A stretch of 64,000 nucleotides of DNA from Octopus vulgaris (taxonomy: Eukaryota), in assembly GCA_951406725.2 (NCBI GenBank), contig OX597823.1, positions 55,366,001 through 55,430,000 of the forward strand, read 5' to 3'. A program made the translations under genes and the position numbers. The number at the start of each line of letters is the position of its first letter. Within the stretch, counting starts at the first letter, position 1. The notes beneath the pieces are model-generated. The model did no database searches and was not told where the DNA came from. It saw only the letters and a program-made list of their open reading frames with translations. Positions 25,165-40,199 of the stretch are shown here, piece after piece.

Positions 25165-25315
25165 AATCTGCAGGAAACAAAAGACGAAGACAGGTGTATG
25201 GACAACAACCACGTGTATTAATTTAACCCTCGAAAAGAATGGAAAAAGTCTTTTATATTTCAAGTCTACGCTCTTCGACAGAAAGGATTAAGAGGGAAAA
25301 TGTGGAGAGAGAAAG
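25165..25315 (-). mobile_element. Penelope-like terminal repeat fragment, family P5 (decayed hammerhead)
   Basis: Reverse complement ctttctgtcgaagagcgtagacttgaaatataaaagac is homologous to 42017-42054. Confidence 0.65.
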
Positions 25316-25514
25316 ACGTATAAAAGGTGGTAGAGGCCTTATACAGCTGGAAACCTATTACAAAATAACCACTATAGGACATCAAAAATACCTTCTTCAG
25401 ATGCAAGGAAAACTAATACAAGTAGCCACAAAACACGAGCAAAACAAGAAACTGTTTTCAGTATATAAGGAAGCTGACAAATGCAATCAGGAAGTCATAC
25501 TACCTAACAAATAT

Positions 25515-25561
<47 letters not shown>

Positions 25562-26648
25562 AGAAGAAGAAGAAGAAGAAGAAGAAGAAGAAGAAGAAGA
25601 AGAAGAAGAAGAAGAAGAAGAAGAAGAAGAAGAAGAAGAAGAAACAACAAAAGCTATAAAACAAATGAAATCTAAACTAAAGCTAGAACAGCAACGGACC
25701 ATGATAAAACGATGGCAAGAAAAACCGCTTTATGGCAAATACTGGGCTAAACTAAATGCAAAAGAAATAAACAGAGAAAAATCCCAGCATTGGCTGAGAA
25801 GCTCAGGACTCATAAATATATAATGAAAAGAAACATAACAAGTAACTGCAGAATATGTAGAGAGACAAGAAACAATAAATCATATTATCTCTGGCTGCCC
25901 AGTCCTGGCTAAGAAGGAATATATTCACAGACGCGACAGAGTTGGGATCTACATACACTGGAAACTATGCCAAAACTATGGAATAACAACAGACAAAAGA
26001 TGGTATAAGCACATACCAGAAAAGGTCACAGAAAACGACAATATGTCGGCATTATAAAATCAAAACCTCTGACAAATGGTATAAACACCATCCTGAAGCT
26101 ATGACTGAAATGTGTCGATTCTATGGGACTTCCCCGTGCAGACTGACAGGACTATAAAAGCCAATAAACCAGATATTATTATAAAAGATCAGACAAAAAG
26201 GATGTGTTTATTAATTGACATGAGTATTCCCTGTGATTACAATATAGCGGCGAAAGAATTTGACAAGATTAGTAAATATAAAGACCTGCTAATGGAAATT
26301 GAAAAAATGTGGCGTTTCAAGGCGACTACAGTACCAGTGATTGTAGGATCTCTAGGAATGATAAAAAAAGGTACTGAAACCTATTTGAAAATGATTCCAG
26401 GCTTACCATCCCTACAGGAAGTGCAAAAATCGTATTAACTGGAACGGCTCATGTACTGAGAAGAGCACTGTCGCTGTGAAAATAACATCCATCTATGAAT
26501 TTATTTATTTATCAATTTTTAAATACATATCTTATCTGTGAATTTGCGCGTGTAATCTGGGAATGCATACAATGCCCTTCTCTGCCCTAGGTGTATGGAA
26601 AACACTCGGCGAGAAACGGAAGAAAATTTGAAGAAAGAAGGAAAAAAC

Positions 26649-26703
<55 letters not shown>
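25316..26703 (+). mobile_element. 5'-truncated R4/Dong-like non-LTR retrotransposon (restriction-like endonuclease)
   Basis: GGRGL, WQEKPLYG, CRIC..ETINHIISGC zinc knuckle, RRDRV, ILWD..TDRTIKANKPDI..LIDMSIP..KISKYKDL; (GAA)n expansion 25515-25643; (AAT)n tail. Confidence 0.93.
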
Positions 26704-26706
<3 letters not shown>

Positions 26707-26881
26707 CAACAAGGGTAACGGTGACCCGAACGAACTAAGGTGCGCATGGGTGTGTGTGTATGTGAGAATGGTGTGTGTGTGTTTGTGTGAATGGGGGCGT
26801 GTGTGGGTGAGTGTAAGCGAGTGCGTGTTCGTGGATGTGTGCGTGTGTGTGTGTTGTGTGTAGCAGTTGATGTGCGCTTGT

Positions 26882-27812
26882 TCAGATGGTGTGTGCACGT
26901 GTATATGTGTGTGCATGTGTGTCTGTGACCAAATAGTGTGCATATGTATGGAAGATTGGGCGTGGGTGTGTGGATAATGGTGTGTGGTGTCGGTGCTGGG
27001 AAGTGTTCGGTGCTAGTGTGTGGAGTGAGGTGTTTGTGGGGGGTGTAATGGTGCGTGAAATGAGTAATGAGTTGAACAGTGTGTATGGGTATTTGTATAG
27101 TGTTGTGTGTGTGGTGATGGCACCAAGACAGGGGATATACAGATAGGTAGGTGGAAAGGGCGGTTGAACGTGAGAGGCGTGTGGGAATCCGTGTTGGATT
27201 GGTGTCAGATGAAGAGAGGTTTGTGATTTGAGCTCATATGGCGCAAAGGAACGAAGAGGGAAAATTAATTCCTTTTCATGGCGAAGGCAGGGGTCCGGGT
27301 GGCCCCTGTGCAGAGACAGTGCGAGTACAGACAGATGTTGTAGCGAATGACCGGTAGAGTGGAAATGGCGCGCAACTGGGGTGTCATTGCCGAGTCTGAT
27401 ATTTCGGAGGTGTTCCGCGAAATGGTCACCCAAGCGCCATCCCGTTTGACCAATGTACTGGGAAGGACAGAGAGCAGGAGAAGCAGAAAATAGCATTACT
27501 GGAGATGCAGGTAAAGTAGTTTGTGACGTGATAGGGACGGTGATGGGTGCCAGTGAAGATGATGGTGTTACAGAGGTAGGATCAGGTGTAACAGCATAAG
27601 CGAGAGCAGAATGGGAGCGAGGCTGAGGTAGAGGAGAAACTGTGGGCCAGGAGGTCACGCAGGTTATGGGATCGCTGAAGGAGGGAAGGGGTAGGTTGGG
27701 GAAGATTTAGGAAGTGGAGGGATCGGACTGGAGTCGCCGGAAGGTTCGGAGAATGATGCGTAAGAGGTGTAGGTGAAACGGGAAACACAAGGGTGGGGCG
27801 GGCGGAGGTCAA
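26882..27812 (-). mobile_element. Penelope-like element ORF remnant: thumb/linker and GIY-YIG endonuclease
   Basis: NLRDLL, Cys-rich linker, YIGQTGWRLGDHFAEHLRNIR, PVARHF..GH, EKELIFPLRSFAPYEL (GLN-like end); frameshifted. Confidence 0.9.
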
Positions 27813-28019
27813 AGGGCTTAGTTATGGCTGTGTGGCTTAGCTGGACGAAACTTCGAAGTCAATGTCAACAACATTCTGGTATGACCATAAACACACACAC
27901 ACACACATACATACACATACACTTTTACATCTTCATACCTACACACATACATATACATACACACAAATATGTATATGTGTGTGTGTGTGTGTGTATTATA
28001 GTGGGGTAGGCCAGTTTTT

Positions 28020-28134
28020 GGAGTTACTCAGGGTTTCTCGCTCATAAGTCGTTTAGCCTTACGGCATCGTGGCCGAAGATCGCTGTCGGTCGCGACGCCA
28101 TAAGATTTTGAGAGAGGAAACCCAAGGTAACTCC
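28020..28134. repeat. 115-bp hairpin (MITE-like)
   Basis: Outer arms ggagttactcagggtttc / gaaacccaaggtaactcc; inner arms 28058-28076 / 28086-28104. Confidence 0.8.
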
Positions 28135-28214
28135 CAATTTTTACGAACAGTGCACACACACCCACGCACACACACACCCACACACACACACGCACACACA
28201 TATATATATATGAT

Positions 28215-28378
28215 AAGCGCAGGAATGACTCTGTGATAAGTAGCTTGTTTACCAACCACATGGTTCCGGGTTCAGTCCCACTCTGTGGCATCTTAGGCAT
28301 CGTCCTCTATTATAGCCTCGGGCCGACCAAAGCCTTGTGAATAGATTTGGTAGACGTAAACTGAAAGAAGCCCGTCGT
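28215..28378 (-). mobile_element. SINE family A 5' half followed by a long microsatellite (head actually reads on + strand from 28215; orientation same as 18144 copy)
   Basis: aagcgcaggaatgactctgtgataagtagcttgtttaccaaccacatggttccgggttcagtccc..gaagcccgtcg then (TA)n. Confidence 0.6.
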
Positions 28379-28413
28379 ATATATATATATATATATATAT
28401 GCATGTACGTATG

Positions 28414-28487
<74 letters not shown>

Positions 28488-28511
28488 CATACGTACATGC
28501 ATACATGTATG

Positions 28512-28581
<70 letters not shown>

Positions 28582-28610
28582 TGTGTGTGTGTGTGTGTAT
28601 ATATACATAC

Positions 28611-28721
<111 letters not shown>

Positions 28722-30056
28722 TCTATATAACACTTCATTGTAAGATGTCCTTCAGCTTCTTAGAAAGGTAAAGTGAGGATATATTGCTGGTATTTATTTC
28801 TACTGCACTGGTCCACTATGAAGGGAATTCCGGACTGTAGTAGTAGTAGTAGTAGTAGTAGTCTTGGTGGTGATGGTGAGGAGGAGGAGATGGAGGAGGG
28901 AGAATATTTTTCAAAACTGTTCAACACATGAAAATCATTCCATCCACAACAAACTCGTCTTCCTCCTACTTGCGGGTGACTCTGGGCTACATTATCCGAA
29001 ACGTCTTTCTCTATTTCAAAGATTGTAGGTTTGTTATTTGAGGAGGATTTTGACTGTCATTCCTTGCAGATCAGGCAGCCTTGGTGTTGACATTAATTAT
29101 GGTAGACAGAAGTGAAAATATAGTTGGACGGTGGAATGGTGGGCGATGAAGAAGGAACACCAGCAAATTTCTTTTTTTTTTAACTGTCCCGGTTTCATTC
29201 CCACATACTGGTTTTTTAAGCATTTCTCCTCTCCATTTCTCTTTCATTCTTTCTGTCTGCTTGTCTGTGTCTCCCTCTCTCTCTCCTCGTATCTCTCTCT
29301 TCCCCTCCCCCCCTCTCTCTCTCTCTTTCCATCTCTTTCTCTTTCACTCCCTTTCTGTCGCATTTTCTTTAAACCTTGTATATATAAATTTCTCTTATTC
29401 TTTTACTTGTTTCAGTCATTATACTGAGGACGTTTGTCCCTCATCACCACTTGGCCACCGGTGTTGCTTTGTTTGCGTCTCCCTAAGTTAGCGGTTTGGC
29501 CAAAAGAGACTAACAGGCCTTAAAAGATAAGTTCTGAGGTCGATTCATTCGACTAAAGAACCCCCTCAAAGCGGTGCAGTAACGTGGCCATAGTCCAATC
29601 ACTGAAACAACTAAAAGCAAATACTTACACACACACACAGTGCTAATAAGGGTCCAGGTAGTGATATTTGCTGAGGAAACATTTCACCTAAAAAAAGAAA
29701 GGCACCGTTTCTTAAACATCTGTCTTCTCGCTTTATCTTTCGCCAGTCTACAATGCACGTGATTGCTGCATTCTTGGATAGAATCACAACACCGACACAC
29801 AGACACGACTGCTTTTTTCATTGCACTCACTCTAAGCTCATCCTATGTTCTCTCTCCCTTTCTCCCTCTTCTCCTCTCTCTCTCTCTCTCTCAGCCTATT
29901 TATTTCACGTCACTCTCCGCGCACACACCCCAGCTATTTCTTGTCAAATACTCACACACAAAACTCACTTTATCATCATATGAAGGTGAAGGGCATCGGA
30001 CAATGTAGTGTTAGATAGTCACATATGCATATGAATGTATGCTTTATTTTTTTTTT

Positions 30057-30466
30057 GTCTTTTACTTATTTCACTCATTAGACTGCGGCCATGCTGGTGC
30101 ACCGTCTTCAAGAGATTAAGTGGAACGAATCGACCTCAATGCAAGTGTTTTCTTTCTTTCCTATTTTTATTTTTCCGAGTCAGGTACTTTCTCTATCAAC
30201 CTCTAATGCCGAACCACTAAGTTACAGGAGGTAAACATATCAATACCACTTGTCAAGCGTTGCTGGAGGACAAACAGACAGACAGACAGACACACACAGG
30301 CACACGCATACACACTTAGACACATAGACACATACATGTACGATGGGCTTCTTTCAGTTTTCGTTTACCAATTCCAGTCACAAGGTTATGGTCGGTCCGG
30401 GGCTACAGAAGACATTTGCCGAAGGTGACAGGCAGGAGCGGGGATTGAACCCGGAAGTTACGCCTT
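30057..30466 (-). mobile_element. SINE family A copy
   Basis: gactgcggccatgctgg..caccg tail and cgatgggcttctttcagttt head in reverse orientation. Confidence 0.85.
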
Positions 30467-30566
30467 TATATATATGTGTATATGTGTATGTGTGTGTATG
30501 TGTGTGTGCATGTGTATACATGCATATACATATGGTACATATGTATCTATATATCGATATATATGC

Positions 30567-30611
<45 letters not shown>

Positions 30612-30685
30612 TATATCTATATATGTATACGTATATACGTATATATATATATATATGCATATATATGTATATATATATATGCATA

Positions 30686-30724
<39 letters not shown>

Positions 30725-30990
30725 GTGTGTGTGTGTGTATGGGCGCTCGTTTGTATTTGTGTTGTATATGTGGGAGTGTTTTTGTATCTGTGCAGAGTGT
30801 GATAATAAAACACTTCAAAGCAGTAAAATTAAAATTTTTAACTTTCTGTAATTTTTCTTCTATATACAATTAAATTTTTCGGTAAAGAATGAGAAAGTTA
30901 CGGATTATTATCAGCACACTCATACACATATACGCATGTATACAGACACACACACACACAAAGATACATACATGGATATATAAATATAAG

Positions 30991-31114
<124 letters not shown>

Positions 31115-31359
31115 TATATACATATACATACATAAGGATATTTTTTTCATCTAGTTTCAGCTCACGAGCTGTGGCCATGCTGCTGGGGCACCATATATAC
31201 AAGGATATATAACAATATATATATATGTATATATATCATATTATTTCTGCTCTTTCACCGATTTCAATTGACGTGTATAAGTGAAAATTTGTGGTGGTAG
31301 GCGTTTTCTGGCTGCTATTTTTAGCATGCTGGTGCCACATGTAGCACCAGTAATTATCA

Positions 31360-31420
<61 letters not shown>

Positions 31421-31503
31421 CATATATACATATATATATATATATGTATGTATATTGTATATGTATGTTGTATATATACATACATATATACACACACATA
31501 CAG

Positions 31504-31605
<102 letters not shown>

Positions 31606-32021
31606 TTGTGTATACCAGTTTGAATTATGTTGTTGTTTTTTACGTAAATCTCCTTACTTAACAGACTTGTAGACTGGGAGATAACTGATGTTCAGCTTAT
31701 ACAAAGGGATAAAAAAATTTGCCGGAATATGTTATTTCAAAATCTCTAGAATTGTTAACACGGTTTCCGTTTGTAAACTCTGCGGATCGGTTTAGAATTA
31801 TCTTGTTCAAGGAGTGATTACCTGTAATAAATTTTTATCACTTATCTATACCATAGATTAATTCTCTTGTATACTGAGCAAGTTTATCCATATTTAGATG
31901 CAAACGTGCATGAGAAAATTTCTAGTGATCTGCTGGGTCCATAGATACTGTCAAGCAATATGTGTTGCATTTAAACAACATATATTTGCGTGCTTCAGTG
32001 TTTATGCTTCTGAGTGTTCAT

Positions 32022-32200
32022 ATGCATGTATGTATGTATGTATGTATGTATGTATGTATGTATGTATGTATGCATGCATGTATGTATGAATGCATGTATG
32101 TATGTATGTATGTATGTATACATGTATGTATGTATGCATGTATGTATGTATGTATGTGTGTATGTATGTATGTATACATGTTTGTATGTATGTATGTATG

Positions 32201-32231
<31 letters not shown>

Positions 32232-32350
32232 GTATGTATGTATGTATGTATACATGTATGTATGTATGTATGTATGTATGTATGTATGTATGTATGTATG
32301 TATGTATGTATGTATGTATGCATGTATGTATGTAAGTATGCATGTATGTA
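32022..32350. repeat. (TATG)n tetranucleotide array
   Basis: Direct inspection. Confidence 0.97.
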
Positions 32351-32426
32351 TGTAAGTATGCATGTATGCGTGTATATGAATATATATGTGTGTGTGTGTG
32401 TGTAAATGTATATAAGTGTAGATATA

Positions 32427-32488
<62 letters not shown>

Positions 32489-32656
32489 CACTCACACACA
32501 CATACATATATATAAATATATATATACATATATACGAATATATGGTGTATAATTCATATATATACACATATACACGAATACAGACATTCTTTGCAAAAGA
32601 AACGTAGACGTGTATGTATGTATGTATGTATGTATGTATGTATGTATGTATGTATG

Positions 32657-32707
<51 letters not shown>

Positions 32708-32898
32708 GTGTGTATTTATATATATATATATGTGTGTGTATGTGTGTGTGAGTGTGTATGTATGTATGTATGTATGTATATATATATATATATATATAAT
32801 ATTACTCGAATTAATATTATATAATATTTTACTATAAAATTGGATTTAATCCTAAATCTGATTTTTTCCCTGTAAATTTGGATTTATTCCCTAATATT

Positions 32899-32961
<63 letters not shown>

Positions 32962-33062
32962 TATACACATAACCTCTGCATATAAAATATGTGTGTGCTT
33001 GTATAAATGTATGTACATATATGCTTCCGTACACAAATAAATGGGAATGATGACATAGAGAA

Positions 33063-33147
<85 letters not shown>

Positions 33148-33845
33148 TGATAATAATAATGACAAAAACAACATTCAACACTGAAAAGTTTACGTTTTTC
33201 GGACAGTGATAATTGCACACACACACACACACACACACCCACACACACACACACCCACACACACACACATGTATATGTGCCTGTGCGTGTATATATATAT
33301 ATATATATATATATGCATCTGTTCATATACTTATCACATGATATTGCCTTTTCTTTTTGATTTTGGGGAACTGGGTTACTTTTTCTATGTATACGTACGA
33401 ATCCTTATATCCACTCACAGACATAAGTACACACACTCACTCATGCAGCAGCCGCACGCACACACATACATATATATTCTTATATATTTATATCCATATG
33501 CATATGTGTATGTGTGTGTGTGTGAGTGTGTGTGCATCAGTGTGTGCATACGTTATAGATATGCGAAACAACGAGTAACAATTTAAATTGCCAGATGATT
33601 CCATCCCATGGGGCTTGACAACTCAATATTTGCGTACCATAATTAAGAGCGTCATGTGTGCCCCGTGATACGTTGATCAAGAAAAGAATGTTTTCATTTT
33701 GTGTTATGGACTGAAGACAGGTTTTTTTTCTTACGTTTTTAAAGACAAGCGGGTATGCATTCAGCCACAACTCACTCACACATATAAACAAGCACAAATG
33801 TAAATAAACATATATAAATATATGAGTGTGTGTGTATATATATAC

Positions 33846-33876
<31 letters not shown>

Positions 33877-33906
33877 TGTATGTATGTATGTATGTATGTA
33901 TGTATG

Positions 33907-33962
<56 letters not shown>

Positions 33963-34155
33963 CAAATATATATATACATACATATATACAAATATATATA
34001 TGATATATTTGTGCGTGTATATATAATATATATGTATATATGTACATATATATATATATATTTATATATATATTGTCTGTTTCATACCCATTTAATATAC
34101 GCGACACAACATTTCATACGTATTTGTGTATATATATATATATATAATGTGTCTA

Positions 34156-34202
<47 letters not shown>

Positions 34203-34314
34203 TACATATGTATGTATATATTATATATGTATATATATATATTTACATATGTATATATATATATATTTATATACATACATATGTATGTATATATATTATA
34301 TAAAAATATATATA

Positions 34315-34355
<41 letters not shown>

Positions 34356-34724
34356 TATGTATGTATATATTATATATAGATACATATATATATATACATG
34401 CATACCGTCTGTTTCATACCTATTCGATATACCCATACGCAACACAACAAATTCATATAATGTATCATCAATTTTAACTTATATTACACATAAATCACTG
34501 TATGATTCGCCGATAAAGGCACATCAGCCATGCATGATGTCAATATAGATTTTTGTCAACGTACCTGTCCGCCGGACGCTTCATTATCACCTCGTTTTCC
34601 GTCGTCTTTTTCTCAGGCTTTATTCGACTGCTTGTTGCATCCCGTGCCGGATAGGCATAATAATTAAGCTGTTCGTACGCTGAGGGTGTCCACGCGAAAA
34701 CGCAAAAAGCTGTACCCCCTACAT

Positions 34725-34820
<96 letters not shown>

Positions 34821-34916
34821 CATATATATATATACATATATATATATATACATACATATATATATACACATACATATATATATATACATATATATATATA
34901 CATACATATATATATA

Positions 34917-34962
<46 letters not shown>

Positions 34963-35316
34963 CATATATATGTATATATATATATATATGTATATATATA
35001 AATGTGCATACATACACACGCACACACACTCACGCACATATACATATATATATACATACACATCCACATATATATGTATTTATATGTGTGTGTATGTATG
35101 CTGATATGTATATTTTATACAATCATGCATGTATACCTACACACACATAATACTTACATATATATATGTATATACGTATGTGTGTGTGTGTTTGTGTGTA
35201 TATGTGTACACATACATACAAACATACAAACACACATACATTTTTACACACATTTATACAAGCATATAAGTTTGTCGGTGTTGTATTTTTTTCATGCTTA
35301 TAGGTGTGTTTATTCA

Positions 35317-35367
<51 letters not shown>

Positions 35368-35646
35368 ACACACACACACCGTGACATAGAAAGCATGTGA
35401 TCCAATTGAGGGGTGGTATATTAAGGTAATCACAAAACAGAAAATGTCTTTGTTGACAACGTTGATGTTGCACCTGTAGACGTAGCTTTTGCTGTTGTTG
35501 TTGTTGTTGATGACGGTTATGATGACGGTTATGATGATGATGATGATGATGATAATGATGATGAATGAATGTTGGTTTGTTCGTCCTTCTTCATATTGTT
35601 GTTGTTGCGATGCCGGTCATGTTGCATCGAGAGGAAAGGAAGGAGG

Positions 35647-35695
<49 letters not shown>

Positions 35696-36159
35696 ACGAC
35701 GATGAAAGAGACACAGACAGACAGACAGACAAATAGACAACCAGAGTCAGACAGAGACAGACAGACAGACAGACGGACAGAAGTTTCGTGGGATGCTATC
35801 GGTTGGTGTAAAAGTTAAGTTATTTTGCTAATAATGTTAATAATTGTCGTTGTTATTGTAGTTTGGTACAGTTGTTGTTATTGTTGTTGTTGTTGTTTTT
35901 GTGGTCATTGCAGTGGTGGTGGTGGCGGCGGCAGTGGAGACAGTAGTAAAGTCTTTGTTTTTTTTCTGGTTTTTTTTTGGGCGGTTTTTATCAAATTATA
36001 AACCCATGTTCGTTTCTGCCTTTGGTCATACCTATGTAACTGGTACCCATTCAAAGTGAGGTTTATTTGCACCTGCCCTCAATGCTACAGTTGTTATTTG
36101 CGTTCTCGTTTTTTTCTCTCCATAGCACCCCTTCCTCTCCTCTTCTTCTCCACCCCTCT

Positions 36160-36250
36160 TTTTCTTCTTCTTCTTCTTCTTCTTCTTCTCTTTTTGCTTC
36201 TTTTTTTCTACTTCTTTTTTTTATTCTATTTTTCTTTTTTTTCTTCTTGT

Positions 36251-36301
<51 letters not shown>

Positions 36302-36520
36302 CCTCCTCCTTCTTCTTCTTCCTCTTCTTCTTCTTCTCCTCCTCCTTCTTCTTCTTCTTCTTCTTCTTCCTCCTCCTCCTTCTTCTTCTTCTTCTTCTGC
36401 TTCTCCTCCTCCTTCTTTTTCTTCTCCTTCTTCTTCTTCTCCTTCTCCTTCTTCTTCTCCTTCTTCTTCTTCTTCTTCTTCTTCTTCTTCTTCTTCTTCT
36501 TCTTCTTCTTCTTCTTCTTC
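36160..36520. repeat. (TTC)n/(TCC)n polypyrimidine trinucleotide array
   Basis: Direct inspection. Confidence 0.97.
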
Positions 36521-37013
36521 TACTACCTCTTCTTTATATTTCCCTTTCTTCTTCTACATCTTACGTCACCTGCTTCCTTAGTACAAAATGCACCCCATAA
36601 TTTTTTTTCTCTCTTTTGCATCTTTGTCATTTGTAATGATTGATATCAAATAAAGTTTGTTATTTGTTCTTGTTTTGTTTTTGTTTTTGTTTTTGTTTTG
36701 TTGAGTTTCTGGTTTTTCACAGTTTGACTTTTGGGGGGTTTAAATAAGAAAACCTGGAAAACCTGGAAAAGCTGGGAGAATCTGGAAAAATCTGAAAAAC
36801 TTGTCTTAATTCGAGGAATGATACTCCAGCTTCGAATACATATATTTCTGTGTTTACACTCTCTTGATATTTCTCATTTAGACCGTACGGATGTGTGTGT
36901 GTGTGAGTGAGTGAGAGTGTGGATGTGTGTGTATGTGTATGTATGCATGTATGTATGTATGTAGACATGAATGTGTGTGCATGTATGTATGTCTGTGTGT
37001 ATGCGTGAATGTA

Positions 37014-37059
<46 letters not shown>

Positions 37060-37210
37060 AATGTATACATATTCATATATATTCTATACATATTTGCTTA
37101 TGTATATGTGTGTATGTCTGTATGAATGCTTGTGCGTACGTATGCCTGTGTATATTCGTATATGTATGTAAGCTGATAGGAATGTGCATATACATACATA
37201 CATACATACA

Positions 37211-37244
<34 letters not shown>

Positions 37245-37769
37245 CATACATGCATATTCATATATGCATGTATATATGTATGCGTTGATGCATAAATATG
37301 TATATATGTATGTATATTTATATCTATGTATGTGTGTGTGTGCCTCTGTGTGTGTGTGTGTGTATGTGTGTGTGCTTGTGTGTATGTAAAGTGTATGTGG
37401 TCGAACATTTGAGTTCAGGTTCAGTTGTTTAAAAACCTGCCTTTAGATGTATAAGCTATGCGTATGTATGTATGCATGTATGTATGTATGTATGTATGTA
37501 TGTATGTATGTATGTATATAAATAGGTGTATGTTTATACCTGTATGTGTATGCGCCTTTATAGCGTATCTATGAAATTGTATTCACATACTTTGTGGTGT
37601 AGGTACGTACAATATGAAAAAGTGTATGATTCTATCACTTAACTCACGTGCATACATGCACATCTATATGAAAGTGAAGATATTTTATATATGCTTACGC
37701 ACACAACCCTCTCTAACTCTCACAAACATACAGACAAAAATATGCATAGATACACTATTCAACATTGCA

Positions 37770-37819
<50 letters not shown>

Positions 37820-37927
37820 TGTATGTATATATATATATATATTGTATGTATACACGATTTTCATCTCTTTTATTGGTTCCAGCATGTGACCTTCAGTCAT
37901 GTGAAGCTATGACATCACGTAATGCAT

Positions 37928-37965
<38 letters not shown>

Positions 37966-38714
37966 CAGATAAATATACTGATAGATACATGTATACATAT
38001 ATACATATGTATACATGTTGATATATATGTATACATGTGTGTATATATGTATACATGTATATACATGTATATGTATGTATACACACACATACACGCACAC
38101 ACGTACATATATACTTGCATATATTGTGATTATTGAGTGTGATAGAGAGGAAATGAGATGCATAACGAAATAGAAAGTCTAAAAAGCCGGCATGCTTCAT
38201 TAATTATGATGCAATGATTCAATTAACAAATTGATATACACATGTGTTGTGGAATGCAGCTAAATAAGCTTGTGTGTGTATGTGATATCACATATCTCTG
38301 TATGTCTCTCTGATTGATATCGCATTCGTCCTGTTATTTTGAATCACTTCGGTTCTAAATCAGCATAACAATTATGAAAATTATTCAAACCGCGCTTCTC
38401 CTTCCAACTTTGTAAAGTATATTGAACCTATGACTACATTAACTAATATATGGTTCCATTGTTATTGAGGAAGAGACGATTAGGTATATTTAGGTACCAC
38501 CAGCTACCATATCTAGCAAATTGAGTAACTACGCCGTTGGTTTATTCGCCGTTATATATATTCATCAGAGCTCACACACAACCACACACACACATACACA
38601 CACACTCACACACATAGACACATACACGCTCACACACACACACACATCACGACTTTCCTTCTTTCTGCTTCTTTAAATGTCGTCGTGCAAAAAGTTCTTT
38701 CTCTACCAGTCTTA

Positions 38715-39200
38715 CTTGACAAAGGGCAATTTTACGAAACGTTAGCATCACTTTCAGGTCGACTTTGCTATTCATCGTATCGGAGTCGATAAAATAAGCA
38801 CCAATAGAAATTACTGGCCTAGTGCCAAAATTTGAATTTATTAATACCAAAAGTAACGCATTGTTACTGCCTCGGTCAAAATATTTAGCGACATTTCTTT
38901 CTGCTCTTTACGTTCAGGGCTCAAATTCTATCGACTTAGTCCTTTATCCCTTCTGAATCGATAAAATAACTACCTGTGGAGCACAAGGGCCCTCTCTCCT
39001 AAAATTTCAGGTCTGATGCCTACAGTGGAAAGAATTATTTATACTAAAGGTATTTTCAGTTCAAATCTCGCACAAATCATCTTTAACTTTCGTTTTTGCA
39101 AGTTTGATAAAGATAAAGTACCAGTCAAATGCTAGGTTTTATATAATCGACTGTCGTTCACACCAAACATCTCGCCTTGCTCCTGTGTAAGAAATTATTT
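38715..39200 (+). mobile_element. Cluster of three old SINE family B fragments
   Basis: aggtcgactttgc..gtcgataaaataag and two further degenerate ttcaaat..gataaa..gtacc units. Confidence 0.6.
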
Positions 39201-39487
39201 TTAATATTAGTGAATCCGAGCAATCAAATACGATGACAGCTTTATTGATTATTGAGATTAGCGCAAATAAAATTGGATATTAGATTCTTTCCTAAATTTA
39301 AAAAATAATATCTTTTATAGCACATAATAAAGCATTAATATATTGCGTTCATATACATACATAAATACATACATACATGCATACATTATATATATTATAT
39401 AATATGTTAGCTATCTATATAGCAATCTATCTATATACATACGTATGTGTGTGTGCGTGTATATATATATATGTGTGTGTGTGTGTG

Positions 39488-39690
39488 TGACCTCGTGTGT
39501 ACCGTTGGCGATTTTTTTCCTCTGTCTTCCCTTCTCTGGATCTTTCCTTCTCCTATGTTTCCGACGAAGAGCTCCGCTCGAAACGTTAAACCCTCCTTCT
39601 GTCCTTCTTTCCTGAGCGTCCAATAATACTATATTTGTTCCACGTCCTTGCGCTGTTGTGTTTTTTTGTGTTTTCTTGTTTGGATTAACC
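39488..39690 (+). mobile_element. Penelope-like terminal repeat, family P1 (hammerhead with U4C change at 39558-39590)
   Basis: ttt CCGACGA A gagc tcc gctc GAAA cgtt aaa; ends ttggattaac before (TA)n. Confidence 0.78.
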
Positions 39691-39709
39691 TTATATACAT
39701 GTATATATG

Positions 39710-39769
<60 letters not shown>

Positions 39770-39802
39770 TATGTATGAATATATGTATGTATTATGTATG
39801 TA

Positions 39803-39849
<47 letters not shown>

Positions 39850-40199
39850 ATATATATATATAACTGTATCTATCTATCTTTATATTCGTGCATACATATA
39901 TACATAGATGTATATATATGCATATAAAGAGAGTGAGAGAGAGAGAGATAGACAAGTATACCTACACACGCGCGCGCAAACAAACACACAAGCTAAATGT
40001 ATTATATGAATCTTGCCTGTACTATTTAAGTGTTTCTTGCTTCTATGCTGGGAGTTCCACAGAATTTGATCTTAAACTGTCATGCCTCCTGGGCCAATAA
40101 CATACAACAGATTGGTCAATAATATTCAGGAAGTATAGCTCAGGTAAATACGTAAAACAGTCACTCGAAAACAGATACTGATTTTGTTAGATTTCGGCA

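Noticed and set aside
25239-25823. 194-aa poly-Glu protein
   Set aside because: Fragment of the R4/Dong ORF with a (GAA)n expansion; its start lies in an unrelated repeat
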